This document shows, in pieces, positions 17,843 to 26,721 of a DNA stretch of 64,000 nt. This DNA is from Bryobacteraceae bacterium. Lineage in GTDB: Bacteria > Acidobacteriota > Terriglobia > Bryobacterales > Bryobacteraceae. Location of the stretch: NCBI GenBank assembly GCA_035552355.1, contig DASZLP010000042.1, positions 727 to 64,726 on the forward strand. Reading direction: 5' to 3'. The notes beneath the pieces are model-generated. The model did not search any database. It was not told the DNA's origin and worked only from the letters and a program-made list of their open reading frames with translations. The position numbers and the translations under genes are program-made. Position 1 is the stretch's first letter, and every line of letters begins with the position of its first letter.

Positions 17843-18080
17843 GGCCGATTGACAATCTAATGCCACGTAGTTTTTACGCACCCGCCGGATATGGCTCACA
17901 TTCTTCGAGATGCTGCAGGCCTGCACGATGGTGGAACAGGCTTCAGCCTGTCGCCGCGCATTGAAAACACAGGCTGAAGCCTGTTCCACCATCGTAACTT
18001 TGCATCGTTTTTTCTGACAGCCTCTGCATCTCAGACACCCGGGCCCAAAAAACTACGTGGCATTAGATTGACAATCGGCC
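17843..18080. repeat. Nested inverted-repeat element (MITE-like or structured RNA) between convergent genes
   Basis: Outer 33-nt arms 17843-17875 / 18048-18080 match 32/33. Inner perfect 26-27-bp stem 17925-17951 / 17969-17995 with a 17-nt loop. No credible ORF inside. Confidence 0.6.
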
Positions 18081-18109
18081 GCAGGTTGCCAACCTGCCCC
18101 ACAATCGTC

Positions 18110-19660
18110 TTATGGCGCTTTGCACGTGAAGTTCGCCGCGTCGTCGATGCTGCCGGACCCTTTGTACTTCGCAAGCTGCGGATACGGGCACAAAGGCCGC
18201 GTGCGGTCCACCTTGCCGTCGCGCGCCGTGCGCGAGGCGAGGATCTGGTCGGGCGCCTTCTTCGCTTCGACCCACTGCTCCACCGCGCCCAGCATGTCGA
18301 AAGTGCTGGTGCCTTCGCCGCCGCCGCAGTGCGCCATGCCGGGCACCATGAAAAGGCGATAGTTGTCCGTCACCTTGCTTGCGCCGCCGAGCGCTTCCAG
18401 AACCGACGTGTAGTAGCGAACGCTGCTGCCTGGCGAGATCTGCGGGTCCGCCCAGCCGTGATACTGGACGATCCTGCCGCCGTGCGCGAAGAACGGCTTC
18501 AGGTTCGGATCGAGCGCGTCGACATCCGCGTCGGCTTTGGCGCTCGCGGCGAAGTCGCTGTCGAAGTTGAACGTCCTGTAATCCCAGTCGGGGTTCTTGA
18601 AAACGATGTACCGGAAGAGATCGAGGCCGAGGCCCATGGGTTGCGGTCCGGCCATAGTGTTCCAGCCCAGCTCGCTTCCAGGCTCGTGGCCGGGGAAGAT
18701 TTCCTGTTTGGTGCGCGGGTTGATCACCGACGAATAAATCTTACGCACCGTCTCGACCTGCGGAGCGGTCAGGCAGACGTTCGAGTCTTCGCCTTTGCAC
18801 TGGATCACGGCAGGGTCGAATTTGCAGCGCGTCGGATCTTCGATGATACCGTCCTTCAGCCCGTCAGTTGCGTCGCAGGCTTCGAGGGCGGCGGCGTGGA
18901 TGGCCGCGAACTTGGCGGGCGGAATGGTCGACGCTTCGTCTTTATGATTGGCCTGCGCGATCCAGACGGCCTGCGTCGAACGGCCCGTCCAGTTGATGCC
19001 GGGCGATCCGGCCACGATGCCGTCGAAGTCGGCGGGATACTTCTGAGCTTCCTTGAGCGCCTGGCGTCCGCCGGCCGAGCAGCCGTTCCAGTAGGAGAGT
19101 TTCGGGGTGTTGCCGTAGTAGGCGTTGATGATCACCTTCGACTCGACCGTCATGTCATGCACGGCGCGGTAAGAGAAGTCGACAAGTTTTTCGGGATGTC
19201 CGGTGGCGAAGCTGGCGCTGCCGCCTTCGTGACCGGTGTCGGTCATGGCGGCGGCATAGCCGCGCGCGACACCCCCGGCAAGGGTGGCGGGCGCGATGGA
19301 GCCCGTATATCCTCCGTTACCGTCGGCTTCGAGCTTACCGTTCCACGAAGTCTGTGCCGGGAGCCAGAGTTCCATCCTGATATCGGAGTCGCTGGATGGC
19401 TTGAGCGTCGCGGCCACGCGGCAGAATGCGGGCAGGCTCTTGAAAGCCGCGTTTGGATCGCCGCCGCGTCCGCGTCCGCCACCTGCCGGGACCGTGAAAG
19501 CTCCCGCGGCAACCGGTTGAGCGAGCGTGATGGTCGTGTTGGGGAGCGAGAGCGAGGTCAGGCTTTCGCAAGTCTGGGCGGCCTGTGCGGAAGTCAGCGC
19601 CGCGGCAAAAAAAACGCCGGCGGCTAAGCCGCCGGCTGTGGAGAGAACTCGAAATGTCAT
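18110..19660 (-). CDS. Tannase/feruloyl-esterase family alpha/beta hydrolase, secreted
   Basis: 516 aa with signal peptide. WNGKLEADGNGGYTGSI and nucleophile context NGCSAGGRQALKEAQKYPADFDGIVAG. Confidence 0.85.
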   Translation of the reverse strand: MTFRVLSTAGGLAAGVFFAAALTSAQAAQTCESLTSLSLPNTTITLAQPVAAGAFTVPAGGGRGRGGDPNAAFKSLPAFCRVAATLKPSSDSDIRMELWLPAQTSWNGKLEADGNGGYTGSIAPATLAGGVARGYAAAMTDTGHEGGSASFATGHPEKLVDFSYRAVHDMTVESKVIINAYYGNTPKLSYWNGCSAGGRQALKEAQKYPADFDGIVAGSPGINWTGRSTQAVWIAQANHKDEASTIPPAKFAAIHAAALEACDATDGLKDGIIEDPTRCKFDPAVIQCKGEDSNVCLTAPQVETVRKIYSSVINPRTKQEIFPGHEPGSELGWNTMAGPQPMGLGLDLFRYIVFKNPDWDYRTFNFDSDFAASAKADADVDALDPNLKPFFAHGGRIVQYHGWADPQISPGSSVRYYTSVLEALGGASKVTDNYRLFMVPGMAHCGGGEGTSTFDMLGAVEQWVEAKKAPDQILASRTARDGKVDRTRPLCPYPQLAKYKGSGSIDDAANFTCKAP

Positions 19661-20074
19661 TTATTTCTCCGGTTTTTCGTCGGGTGATCCTGTACCGGTG
19701 GAGCCGAGGAACAAGCGCTTGCCGTCAGCGAAGGTGATATCGCGGCCGTTGGCGCGGTTGGAGCCGTCCTTGGCCTGGTAACCCTCGATCACAATTTGCG
19801 ACCCGGCGGGCAGAGAGGCCTTGGTGAAGCCGCGGCGCAACAGAGCGTTGGGGCTTCCGCCTTCGACCATCCAGTTCGCGACCTTGCCGTCAGGACCCTT
19901 GACGTCAATGTGGATCCAGGAATGGGGATTGATCCATTCCATTTCCGTCACCGTGCCCGTGAGCTTGACAGGCTTCTGCGGATCGAACTCCGCGGCGAAG
20001 GAATGGTGCGCCCACAGGGGCGCGGCGGCAAGCGTGATGCCCAGGGCCGCCAATGCAATCGCAATCTTCTTCAT
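19661..20074 (-). CDS. DUF6152 family secreted protein
   Basis: ATG 20074 gives MKKIAIALAALGITLAAAPLWA/HHSFAAEFD. Its stop abuts the tannase ATG (TAAATG, 0-nt gap). Confidence 0.8.
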   Translation of the reverse strand: MKKIAIALAALGITLAAAPLWAHHSFAAEFDPQKPVKLTGTVTEMEWINPHSWIHIDVKGPDGKVANWMVEGGSPNALLRRGFTKASLPAGSQIVIEGYQAKDGSNRANGRDITFADGKRLFLGSTGTGSPDEKPEK

Positions 20075-20088
20075 AGTGTTCCTGCCTG

Positions 20089-21123
20089 TTATTCGCCTAA
20101 TGCCGCGCGTCCGTTTGGCTTGATGCCCTTCGCTTCGTCGGCGCGCGCGCCGCTGAGATTGTTGCGCATCCCGTAGTTGCCTTCGGTGCATGCGTATTCG
20201 AAGAGCGGCCCGTCGATTTTCGCAATGGGCATCTCGCCCGACCACGACTTCTCCCAAACGGTGGGATCGGTGACGGTGAACTCGTACTTCAGGGTGCCGG
20301 CATCGGCGCGCGAGAGGCGCTCGACAACGTGCAGGTTCTCATCCGAGCCGCGGAAAGAAGAACGGTCGCTGAAGTTCGTGGTGTCGATAACGAGCGTGTC
20401 GCCATCCCAGTGCCCACGGCCGTCGCCGATCATCATTTTGACGGTGGCGGGCAGGTGAGCGCTGTTATCGGTCGGAATGATGCGGGTTTCGTGGATCATT
20501 TCGCTGGTGATCGCCACGTAGCCTTTGCCCTGCGAAATCTGAATGTTGCTGTTGTATCCGCCGGCGGTCATCGGCGGCGCACCGTTCCAGTAGATGCACT
20601 GCTCGGCGAGACCGCGGTTCTCGGGCCCGTCGAATTCATGTCCGCGGTTGACGGCCTGCTTCGCGGCCTGCCGCTGGCGGGCGGCCGGAAGGACTGGCGG
20701 AACGCGGCCTTCGGGTCCCGTCACGATCGATGTGCGGATGCTGGTCGAGACCTTATTCTGGTCCTTTTCGAGGCCGAACTGAGCCATGTCGTAGTGGACG
20801 TCCGCGTAGGTGCCGGGTCCGGTCGGCGCCTTGGCTGCGAGCGATCTTTTCGCGTAGGCGGCGGCTTCTTCGGGCGTGAAGAACTCCTTCGCGCCGAGAT
20901 CCTTCGGCCGCTCGAATGGGACGGTCGTCGAGGTGGTGTAGAAACCGGAAAGATCGGGCACACCCTCCGGCGTGCGCGAGGCTGCGGCCTTGCCCGCGCC
21001 TTCCTTCGCGAAGAGGGCGGCCGAGGGAGCCGCTGACTTGCTCTGGCTTTGCGCCAGGGCGGACACGACGGCGACGCTCACCAAAGCGATTGCCGATGCG
21101 ATCTCGAAGAGTCGATTGCTCAT
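20089..21123 (-). CDS. Secreted hypothetical protein, paralog family member 2
   Basis: Signal peptide MSNRLFEIASAIALVSVAVVSALA. Shares EGVPDLSGFY, TLVIDTTNFSDRSSF..LHVVERL and VTDPTVWEKSWSG with the other two members. Confidence 0.75.
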   Translation of the reverse strand: MSNRLFEIASAIALVSVAVVSALAQSQSKSAAPSAALFAKEGAGKAAASRTPEGVPDLSGFYTTSTTVPFERPKDLGAKEFFTPEEAAAYAKRSLAAKAPTGPGTYADVHYDMAQFGLEKDQNKVSTSIRTSIVTGPEGRVPPVLPAARQRQAAKQAVNRGHEFDGPENRGLAEQCIYWNGAPPMTAGGYNSNIQISQGKGYVAITSEMIHETRIIPTDNSAHLPATVKMMIGDGRGHWDGDTLVIDTTNFSDRSSFRGSDENLHVVERLSRADAGTLKYEFTVTDPTVWEKSWSGEMPIAKIDGPLFEYACTEGNYGMRNNLSGARADEAKGIKPNGRAALGE

Positions 21124-21178
21124 GATGAAGCTCCTTCTTCTTTTTACCGCGCACGACGGCCCTTCGGCCTGTACGCTC

Positions 21179-21994
21179 CTACTTTACTGCGTTCGGACCG
21201 GTGCCCTTCTTCCGAAGGCCACCATATAGTAATTCTTCCGCAAATTCAACGCACTTGAATTCGAGCAACTGTGCGTTTTTTTCCACATGCCGGTACAACG
21301 GCACACTGACTTTCCAGGCGCGCGAAAATGTCTTCGGATCCTCGATGGTCGCCTCGTACATCATGACGTCGGGGCCGCGCATCGTGTAACGCTCGGTGAC
21401 GTGGAGGGCATCGCTGTGGAAGTTGCCTGAGCGGTCGAACCATGTCTTGTCGTTGAGGCCGGTGACGTCGATGACTAGCGTCTCGCCTTCCCAGTGGCCT
21501 ATGGACCAGCCCATCCAACTGTCGACAGGGGCGGGCCCGGGCTTGCCCATATCCACGTTCCGCACGGCATTTGCGTACTCATAAGAGATGAGAATGTTCT
21601 TCTGGCCCTGGATGATCTGAAATGGATAGGGCATGTACGTCGCGCGGGGCACGCCGGGGAGATAGCACTTGATCTCGGGATCGTCTTTAAAGCGATTGGC
21701 GAGGTTTTGCTTTCGTTTATCCAGCATTGCCGGCAGATAGGGGATTTCGTTGCCTTCGACAATGCCGGGGCCGGGCGGGACGGCGAAGTCGGCGGCGAGA
21801 GAGAAGACCGGTCCGGCAGCGGCGCCATGGGCCTGGATGTCCCAGTTGGCGGTAGTGGTGGTTTGCCAGATGCCGTTGAGATCAGGCTTACCGTCAGCAG
21901 TGCGTGGGGCTCGATAGGGCGCCTGCGCCGCGGCCGAAATGGCCATGCTGAGGGCTGCGATTGTGATCGACAGGGATCGATGCCTTTTTTGCAT
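21179..21994 (-). CDS. Secreted hypothetical protein, paralog family member 3
   Basis: ATG 21994 gives MQKRHRSLSITIAALSMAISAAAQA. Shares DGKPDLNGIW, TLVIDVTGLNDKTWFD..HSDALHVTERY and IEDPKTFSRAWKV. Confidence 0.75.
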   Translation of the reverse strand: MQKRHRSLSITIAALSMAISAAAQAPYRAPRTADGKPDLNGIWQTTTTANWDIQAHGAAAGPVFSLAADFAVPPGPGIVEGNEIPYLPAMLDKRKQNLANRFKDDPEIKCYLPGVPRATYMPYPFQIIQGQKNILISYEYANAVRNVDMGKPGPAPVDSWMGWSIGHWEGETLVIDVTGLNDKTWFDRSGNFHSDALHVTERYTMRGPDVMMYEATIEDPKTFSRAWKVSVPLYRHVEKNAQLLEFKCVEFAEELLYGGLRKKGTGPNAVK

Positions 21995-22070
21995 CCTGCG
22001 GATATTATTCTCCCTAAAGAGCGCCCGGTGAGGACGCGCGCGGACGAATACACTTCCGCCCGCGACGCTG

Positions 22071-22099
22071 ATATTACAAGCTAATTGCTTCAAAGTCAA
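22071..22099 (-). promoter_or_regulatory. Sigma-70-like promoter for the 21994->19660 operon
   Basis: Minus strand reads TTGACT (22099-22094), a 17-nt spacer, then TAATAT (22076-22071), about 75 nt upstream of ATG 21994. Confidence 0.4.
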
Positions 22100-22359
22100 T
22101 GGCGTGCAGGGTATAAATCTCCGCTGGCGCCGGAGTCCGTGGGATGTATATAAGTTATAGGGTGTGATCGGAGAAACCGGGCGCGGCAACGGCTTGGGGT
22201 GGACGACCCGGGCGCGGGAATTCCGGAGCGACTTTTCCATCAACCGCCGTCAAAAAAGTTCCGCTCCCAGGCGGCGTCAAGGGCAGCGTCAGATCGTCCG
22301 ATTCGAAGCGGAGATCCAGGCGCGATAAAGCGGGGCGATTCCTCTCATGGCGCCCCCGC

Positions 22360-22650
22360 TTATTGGCTAAGCGTGAAATTCACACTTACGGTTGTCACTA
22401 CCTCGACTGGATTCCCGTTCAACATTATCGGTTTGTAAAGCCACTGTTGAACCGCGTCCTCGGCCGCCTTCACCAGGAGCGGTGGTCCTGACACCAGTTG
22501 AAGAGTCTCCACGTGGCCGTCTTTTCGGATAACCGCCTGGAACGTCACGGCTCCCTGAACGCGCGCCGCCTTTGCCGGCGGGGGATACACCGGCGGGGTT
22601 TGCGAAACGAGATTCGTTCCGTACGCGAGGCGCTCTTCGCCGGCCGCGGA
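22360..22650 (-). pseudogene. Orphan TonB C-terminal domain fragment (5'-truncated tonB-like gene)
   Basis: ..TNLVSQTPPVYPPPAKAARVQGAVTFQAVIRKDGHVETLQLVSGPPLL..PVEVVTTVSVNFTL is a complete TonB_C domain. An in-frame TGA lies at 22651-22653. There is no Pro-rich or TM region and no start other than GTG 22590. Confidence 0.6.
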
Positions 22651-22704
22651 TCAGGGCAACTGATCGCGGCGTCATACGTACACATTCCACGATATAATAC
22701 GTAC

Positions 22705-22935
22705 GTGTCCAAGCTCACCCTGAGTGTTGACGATCGCGTGGTCTCCTCCGCCAAACGCTACGCGAAGCAGCGTGGAGTGTCGGTCTCGGAGATGGTTGAG
22801 GCATATCTGGCCGCGGTCTCCGGCCCGGCTTCGAGCGCCGCTCGGGACGCTCCAATCGTGCGCTCCCTGCGTGGATCGCTGAAGAAGGCCGATCCCGCCG
22901 AATACCGCAGGCACCTCGCCAGCAAGTATCGATGA
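22705..22935 (+). CDS. Type II antitoxin (DUF6364-like) of a PIN toxin
   Basis: GTG 22705 gives (M)SKLTLSVDDRVVSSAKRYAKQRGVSVSEMVEAYL. Its stop overlaps the toxin ATG (ATGA). Confidence 0.75.
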   Translation: MSKLTLSVDDRVVSSAKRYAKQRGVSVSEMVEAYLAAVSGPASSAARDAPIVRSLRGSLKKADPAEYRRHLASKYR

Positions 22936-23357
22936 AACGAATTTTGCTGGACGTCAACGTTGTCCTTGATGTCCTGCTGGACCGGCGGCCGCACGCCGAA
23001 GCAAGCGCAGCGGTGTGGTCCGCGATAGAGAACGGGCTCGCGGAGGGATTACTGGCGGCCCATGCCGTGACGACCATTCATTACCTGATCCGAAAGGAAA
23101 AAGGGGCTGCGAAAGCCAAAGAAATTCTCTCGGCCCTTCTCAGCGTATTCGGTGTCGCCGCGGTCGATCGGACAGTCCTTCACGAAGCGCTGCAACTGCC
23201 GTCTTCCGACTTTGAAGACGCCGTAACCGCGGCAGCCGCCAGGACCGCGCATTGCGACTGGATCGTGACCAGAGACCCGAAAAGCTTTCGCGGCTCCCCG
23301 GTTCGTTGCCTGACCCCTGCGGCAGTGCTGCCGCTCGTTGCCTCTGAGGCTGTATAA
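22932..23357 (+). CDS. vapC: PIN-domain ribonuclease toxin (VapC-like)
   Basis: MKRILLDVNVVLDVLL.., SDFEDAVTAAAA and IVTRDPKSF supply the acidic PIN residues. 141 aa. Confidence 0.85.
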   Translation: MKRILLDVNVVLDVLLDRRPHAEASAAVWSAIENGLAEGLLAAHAVTTIHYLIRKEKGAAKAKEILSALLSVFGVAAVDRTVLHEALQLPSSDFEDAVTAAAARTAHCDWIVTRDPKSFRGSPVRCLTPAAVLPLVASEAV

Positions 23358-23358
23358 T
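23351..23358 (+). promoter_or_regulatory. Extended -10 element (TGTATAAT) upstream of the PQQ dehydrogenase gene
   Basis: TGTATAAT lies 25 nt before ATG 23383, with GGAAGGAG as Shine-Dalgarno in between. No clear -35. Confidence 0.35.
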
Positions 23359-23382
23359 TCCGTCGCGGAAGGAGTTTCATTC

Positions 23383-25263
23383 ATGTCCATTCGTGTTCAT
23401 TCGTGGCTGAAAATATTGGCGCTCCTTGCGGCGCTCCCGCTCCTCGCCCAATCCCCTACCGACTGGCCCACTTACAACCGCGACCTCGCCAGCACACGCT
23501 ACTCGCCTCTAACCCAAATTACCCCCGCCAACGTGGCGACGCTCACTGAGGCGTGGTCGTATAAGCTCCGCCCCGACGCCAACAGCCCGGCTTCGGGCAC
23601 GCTGAACGAAGTCACACCCATCGTTATCGACGGCATCATGTACCTGCCGGCCGGAAACCGCGTCGTCGCGCTCGACCCCGAGACCGGCAAAGAAGTCTGG
23701 CGCTACGATCTGCCGGGCGGCACGATCGCGTCGCAGCGCGGCGTCGCCTACTGGCCGGGCGACAAGACGAATCCACCCAGAATCCTTTTCACCTCCGGGC
23801 ACAAAATGATCGGGCTCAACGCCCGCACCGGCAAGCTCGACCCCGGCTTCGGAAGTGAAGGCGCAATGACGATGGATGTGCCGTTCGCCGGCGTGCCGAC
23901 CGTCTTTAAGAACCTGATCTTCGTCGGAATGAATATCTTTGGACCCGGCGAGCCCAACCCGCATAATCAGGACGAAGAGCCGGGTGGCCTTCCCGGAGAC
24001 TCTCGCGCCTACGATGCGCGCACCGGCAAAAAACTCTGGGACTTTCACGCTATTCCGCGCCCTGGCGAGGCCAACCATGACGATTGGCAGGGCGAGAGCT
24101 GGAAGAACCGTGCCGGAAACAACATGTGGTCTTATTCGATGACTGTCGACGAGCAGCGCGGCATCGTCTATATGCCCATGGGCGGACCCGCCGCCAATTA
24201 CTATGGCGGCGATCGCAAGGGCAAAAACCTTTACGCCAACTCGATCGTCGCGGTCGATGCCAATACAGGCAAGCTCAAGTGGTATTTCCAAACCGTCCAT
24301 CACGAGCTTTGGGATTATGACCTGCCGCCCGATCCTGTGCTGATCGATATCGTCAAAGATAGAAAGAAAATCCCCGCCCTCGCGCAGGCCGGCAAGTCGG
24401 GCTACCTCTTCATCCTCGATCGGGTCACCGGTAAACCGGTGTTCGGCGTGGAAGAGCGCCCGGTTCCGCAGAGCAATGTCCCGGGTGAAGCCACGTCTCC
24501 GACGCAGCCGTTTCCTCTGAAGCCTCCGCCGCTGGCGCGTGTCAGCATCAAGCGCGAGGACATCGTTACCGCCGACGACACCACGCCCGAGCACGCCAAA
24601 GCCTGTCAGGACCTCTGGGTCAAGCACGGCTTCGAAGACTCCGGCCCCTTCACTCCCTGGATTTTCCAGGCCGACGGCACGCCCGCGCATGAAACCATCA
24701 GCTTTCCCGGACCCACCGGCGGCACCAACTGGGGCGGCGCCGCCAGCGATCAGAAGCTCGGCTACATCTTCGTCAACTCGCAGGACAGCCCCGGCACCGG
24801 CTGGATCCGCCGCAACCCCAACGCGGGCAAGGAAGGCCAGCTCCCATACGACAAAGCGCCCGGCTACTTCAGCTTCGCCGTCGGCGGACTCCCGTGCGTC
24901 AAACCACCATGGGAGCGGCTCTTCGCCGTCAACGCCAACACCGGCGATATCGTCTGGCAGGTGCCGCTCGGTATCACCGAATCTCTTCCCGCCGGCAAAC
25001 AAAACACGGGACGCGCCGGCGCCTTCGCCGGTCCGATAGCGACCGCGGGCGGACTCGTCTTCATCGGCGCGACCGGCGACAACCGTTTCCGCGCCTTCGA
25101 CTCGCGAACAGGCAAAGAGCTCTGGACTCAGAAGCTCGACTACAACGCTACCGCCGTGCCGATCACGTATCAGGGCAAGAGCGGCAAGCAGTACGTGGCC
25201 GTAGTGGCGGCGGGTGGAGGCAGGGGCAATAACCAGTCCCTCGTGGCTTTCGCGTTGCCGTGA
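23383..25263 (+). CDS. PQQ-dependent dehydrogenase (quinoprotein glucose/alcohol dehydrogenase family), secreted
   Basis: ATG 23383 gives signal peptide MSIRVHSWLKILALLAALPLLAQS. WPTYNRDLASTRYSPLTQITPANV and the repeated propeller W-motifs are typical of quinoproteins. Confidence 0.85.
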   Translation: MSIRVHSWLKILALLAALPLLAQSPTDWPTYNRDLASTRYSPLTQITPANVATLTEAWSYKLRPDANSPASGTLNEVTPIVIDGIMYLPAGNRVVALDPETGKEVWRYDLPGGTIASQRGVAYWPGDKTNPPRILFTSGHKMIGLNARTGKLDPGFGSEGAMTMDVPFAGVPTVFKNLIFVGMNIFGPGEPNPHNQDEEPGGLPGDSRAYDARTGKKLWDFHAIPRPGEANHDDWQGESWKNRAGNNMWSYSMTVDEQRGIVYMPMGGPAANYYGGDRKGKNLYANSIVAVDANTGKLKWYFQTVHHELWDYDLPPDPVLIDIVKDRKKIPALAQAGKSGYLFILDRVTGKPVFGVEERPVPQSNVPGEATSPTQPFPLKPPPLARVSIKREDIVTADDTTPEHAKACQDLWVKHGFEDSGPFTPWIFQADGTPAHETISFPGPTGGTNWGGAASDQKLGYIFVNSQDSPGTGWIRRNPNAGKEGQLPYDKAPGYFSFAVGGLPCVKPPWERLFAVNANTGDIVWQVPLGITESLPAGKQNTGRAGAFAGPIATAGGLVFIGATGDNRFRAFDSRTGKELWTQKLDYNATAVPITYQGKSGKQYVAVVAAGGGRGNNQSLVAFALP

Positions 25264-25269
25264 TGCCGG

Positions 25270-26721
25270 TTACCGCCTGAGAGGATCTTTCACCCACGGC
25301 GGGGTCGCGTCGATCAACCGCGCCAGCGCCGGCTCGGCCTCTTCCACGCGCTTCTTCATCTGCCACGCAATCTCGCGGTAGCTGAAATGTCCCTTAACAC
25401 CACTGCGGACGCGCGAGATGTACTCGACCTCCGCGAAATCCATCTTGAAAAGGAAGCGCGCGCGCGCGCCGAAAGGCATTAAGTACTGCCGCGCCGGATC
25501 GGGCAACTGCCGCATCACCGCAAACGCGGCGTCCATCGCGGCTTTGTACTCCGCGCCGGCGCCGGACTTCTCCAGCAGCTCCGGCGCATCATAACCATGG
25601 TGCCCCGCGTACGCCTGCCGGTATTGATGACAGCGCCGATGCCGGTGCATATCGCGATAAGCGCCGATGTCGATCAGCATGTCAAAGCAGTACTGGCCGC
25701 CGCGGAATCCGCGCAGCAGATCGTCGCGCTGCCCGCGCGAGCGCACCGCGACGTCGAGCACTTCCGCCTTCCGCGCATCGCTCCATCCAGCAACCGTCTC
25801 GTAAATCGCGCGGAACGAGTGATCGCACACCGGATACAGCAGCGTAGCCGCGACCTCGGTCAGCGTGTCAGCAGGTCTCACCAGATCAACCATCGGCGCA
25901 TGGGTTGCCGGAATCGTCAGGTTTTGGCTGGCCCACGCCTTCAGATCGGCGGACGATCGCCGCAGATACTCATCCGGTTCCGCATGACGCGCGAGCGTGG
26001 GCGCAAGCGGCTCTGTCGCGGTATCGTGCCATGTGACAACCGGCGGCGCGGCGCAGGCTTCCGCAACTTCTTCACCCAATTCGCGCACCTCCGCGAATTC
26101 GGAAACACGCAGCCGCTTGATCTGCTTTTCGAGTGTGCGGATGCTCGTGACTTGTCCCACATTGGTGGGCACGCCCCAGAACAACAAGTACCGCGCGACA
26201 TCGAAGGCGCGCGCCGCGATGTTGCGCGCGTAGGCGTCCGGTTTCATCGATTCGGGCCGCTCGAGTGCGCTGGTCAGGTATTCGTTCACGCGCTGATGAA
26301 TGGAGCCGTAAGCTTGCAGCAGCGCTTCGGCGGCAGCCTGATAGCGTGCCGAGTCGTCGCCCGTCAGCTCGGGAGGAGTGATGAACCCAGCCTTCGAGAA
26401 ATCCTGGTAGCGCGACGACTTCGCCTGCCCGTCCCACAGCGTCTCGTCTTCAATCTCGCTCGCCGCCAGTTCGCTGATGCCTTCGAAGCAGAGGACCGTG
26501 TGGCCGAGGTCCGCAATCGACTGGTGCCCGTACTGAAAGTAGTAGCTCTCGAGAAAACTCTGCGTGTTGTGCGACCGCACCCACTCGACCGATTGCCGGA
26601 TCGAATCCGCCGACCTGCTGTAGCGCGCCAGCGCATACGCACTCTTCTCCGGCGGCATCGGCGCGACAGTGATGACGCATTTCGTCAAACGGCTATCATA
26701 GCGTTTGCTCTTGAGAATCAA
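25270..26721 (-). CDS. thyX: FAD-dependent thymidylate synthase, long two-domain ThyX-like form
   Basis: ALARYSRS in the first half; YRDMHRHRR and [18 protein letters not shown] in the second half resemble the ThyX RHR/S-R motifs. TTG 26688 ([10 protein letters not shown]..) is a plausible alternative start. Confidence 0.7.
   Translation of the reverse strand: MILKSKRYDSRLTKCVITVAPMPPEKSAYALARYSRSADSIRQSVEWVRSHNTQSFLESYYFQYGHQSIADLGHTVLCFEGISELAASEIEDETLWDGQAKSSRYQDFSKAGFITPPELTGDDSARYQAAAEALLQAYGSIHQRVNEYLTSALERPESMKPDAYARNIAARAFDVARYLLFWGVPTNVGQVTSIRTLEKQIKRLRVSEFAEVRELGEEVAEACAAPPVVTWHDTATEPLAPTLARHAEPDEYLRRSSADLKAWASQNLTIPATHAPMVDLVRPADTLTEVAATLLYPVCDHSFRAIYETVAGWSDARKAEVLDVAVRSRGQRDDLLRGFRGGQYCFDMLIDIGAYRDMHRHRRCHQYRQAYAGHHGYDAPELLEKSGAGAEYKAAMDAAFAVMRQLPDPARQYLMPFGARARFLFKMDFAEVEYISRVRSGVKGHFSYREIAWQMKKRVEEAEPALARLIDATPPWVKDPLRR

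Noticed and set aside
17849-18073. TTGACA hexamers inside both outer arms of the inverted-repeat element, considered as outward- or inward-facing promoters
   Set aside because: No acceptable -10 hexamer lies at 16-19 nt spacing from either copy, and both flanking genes point toward the element.
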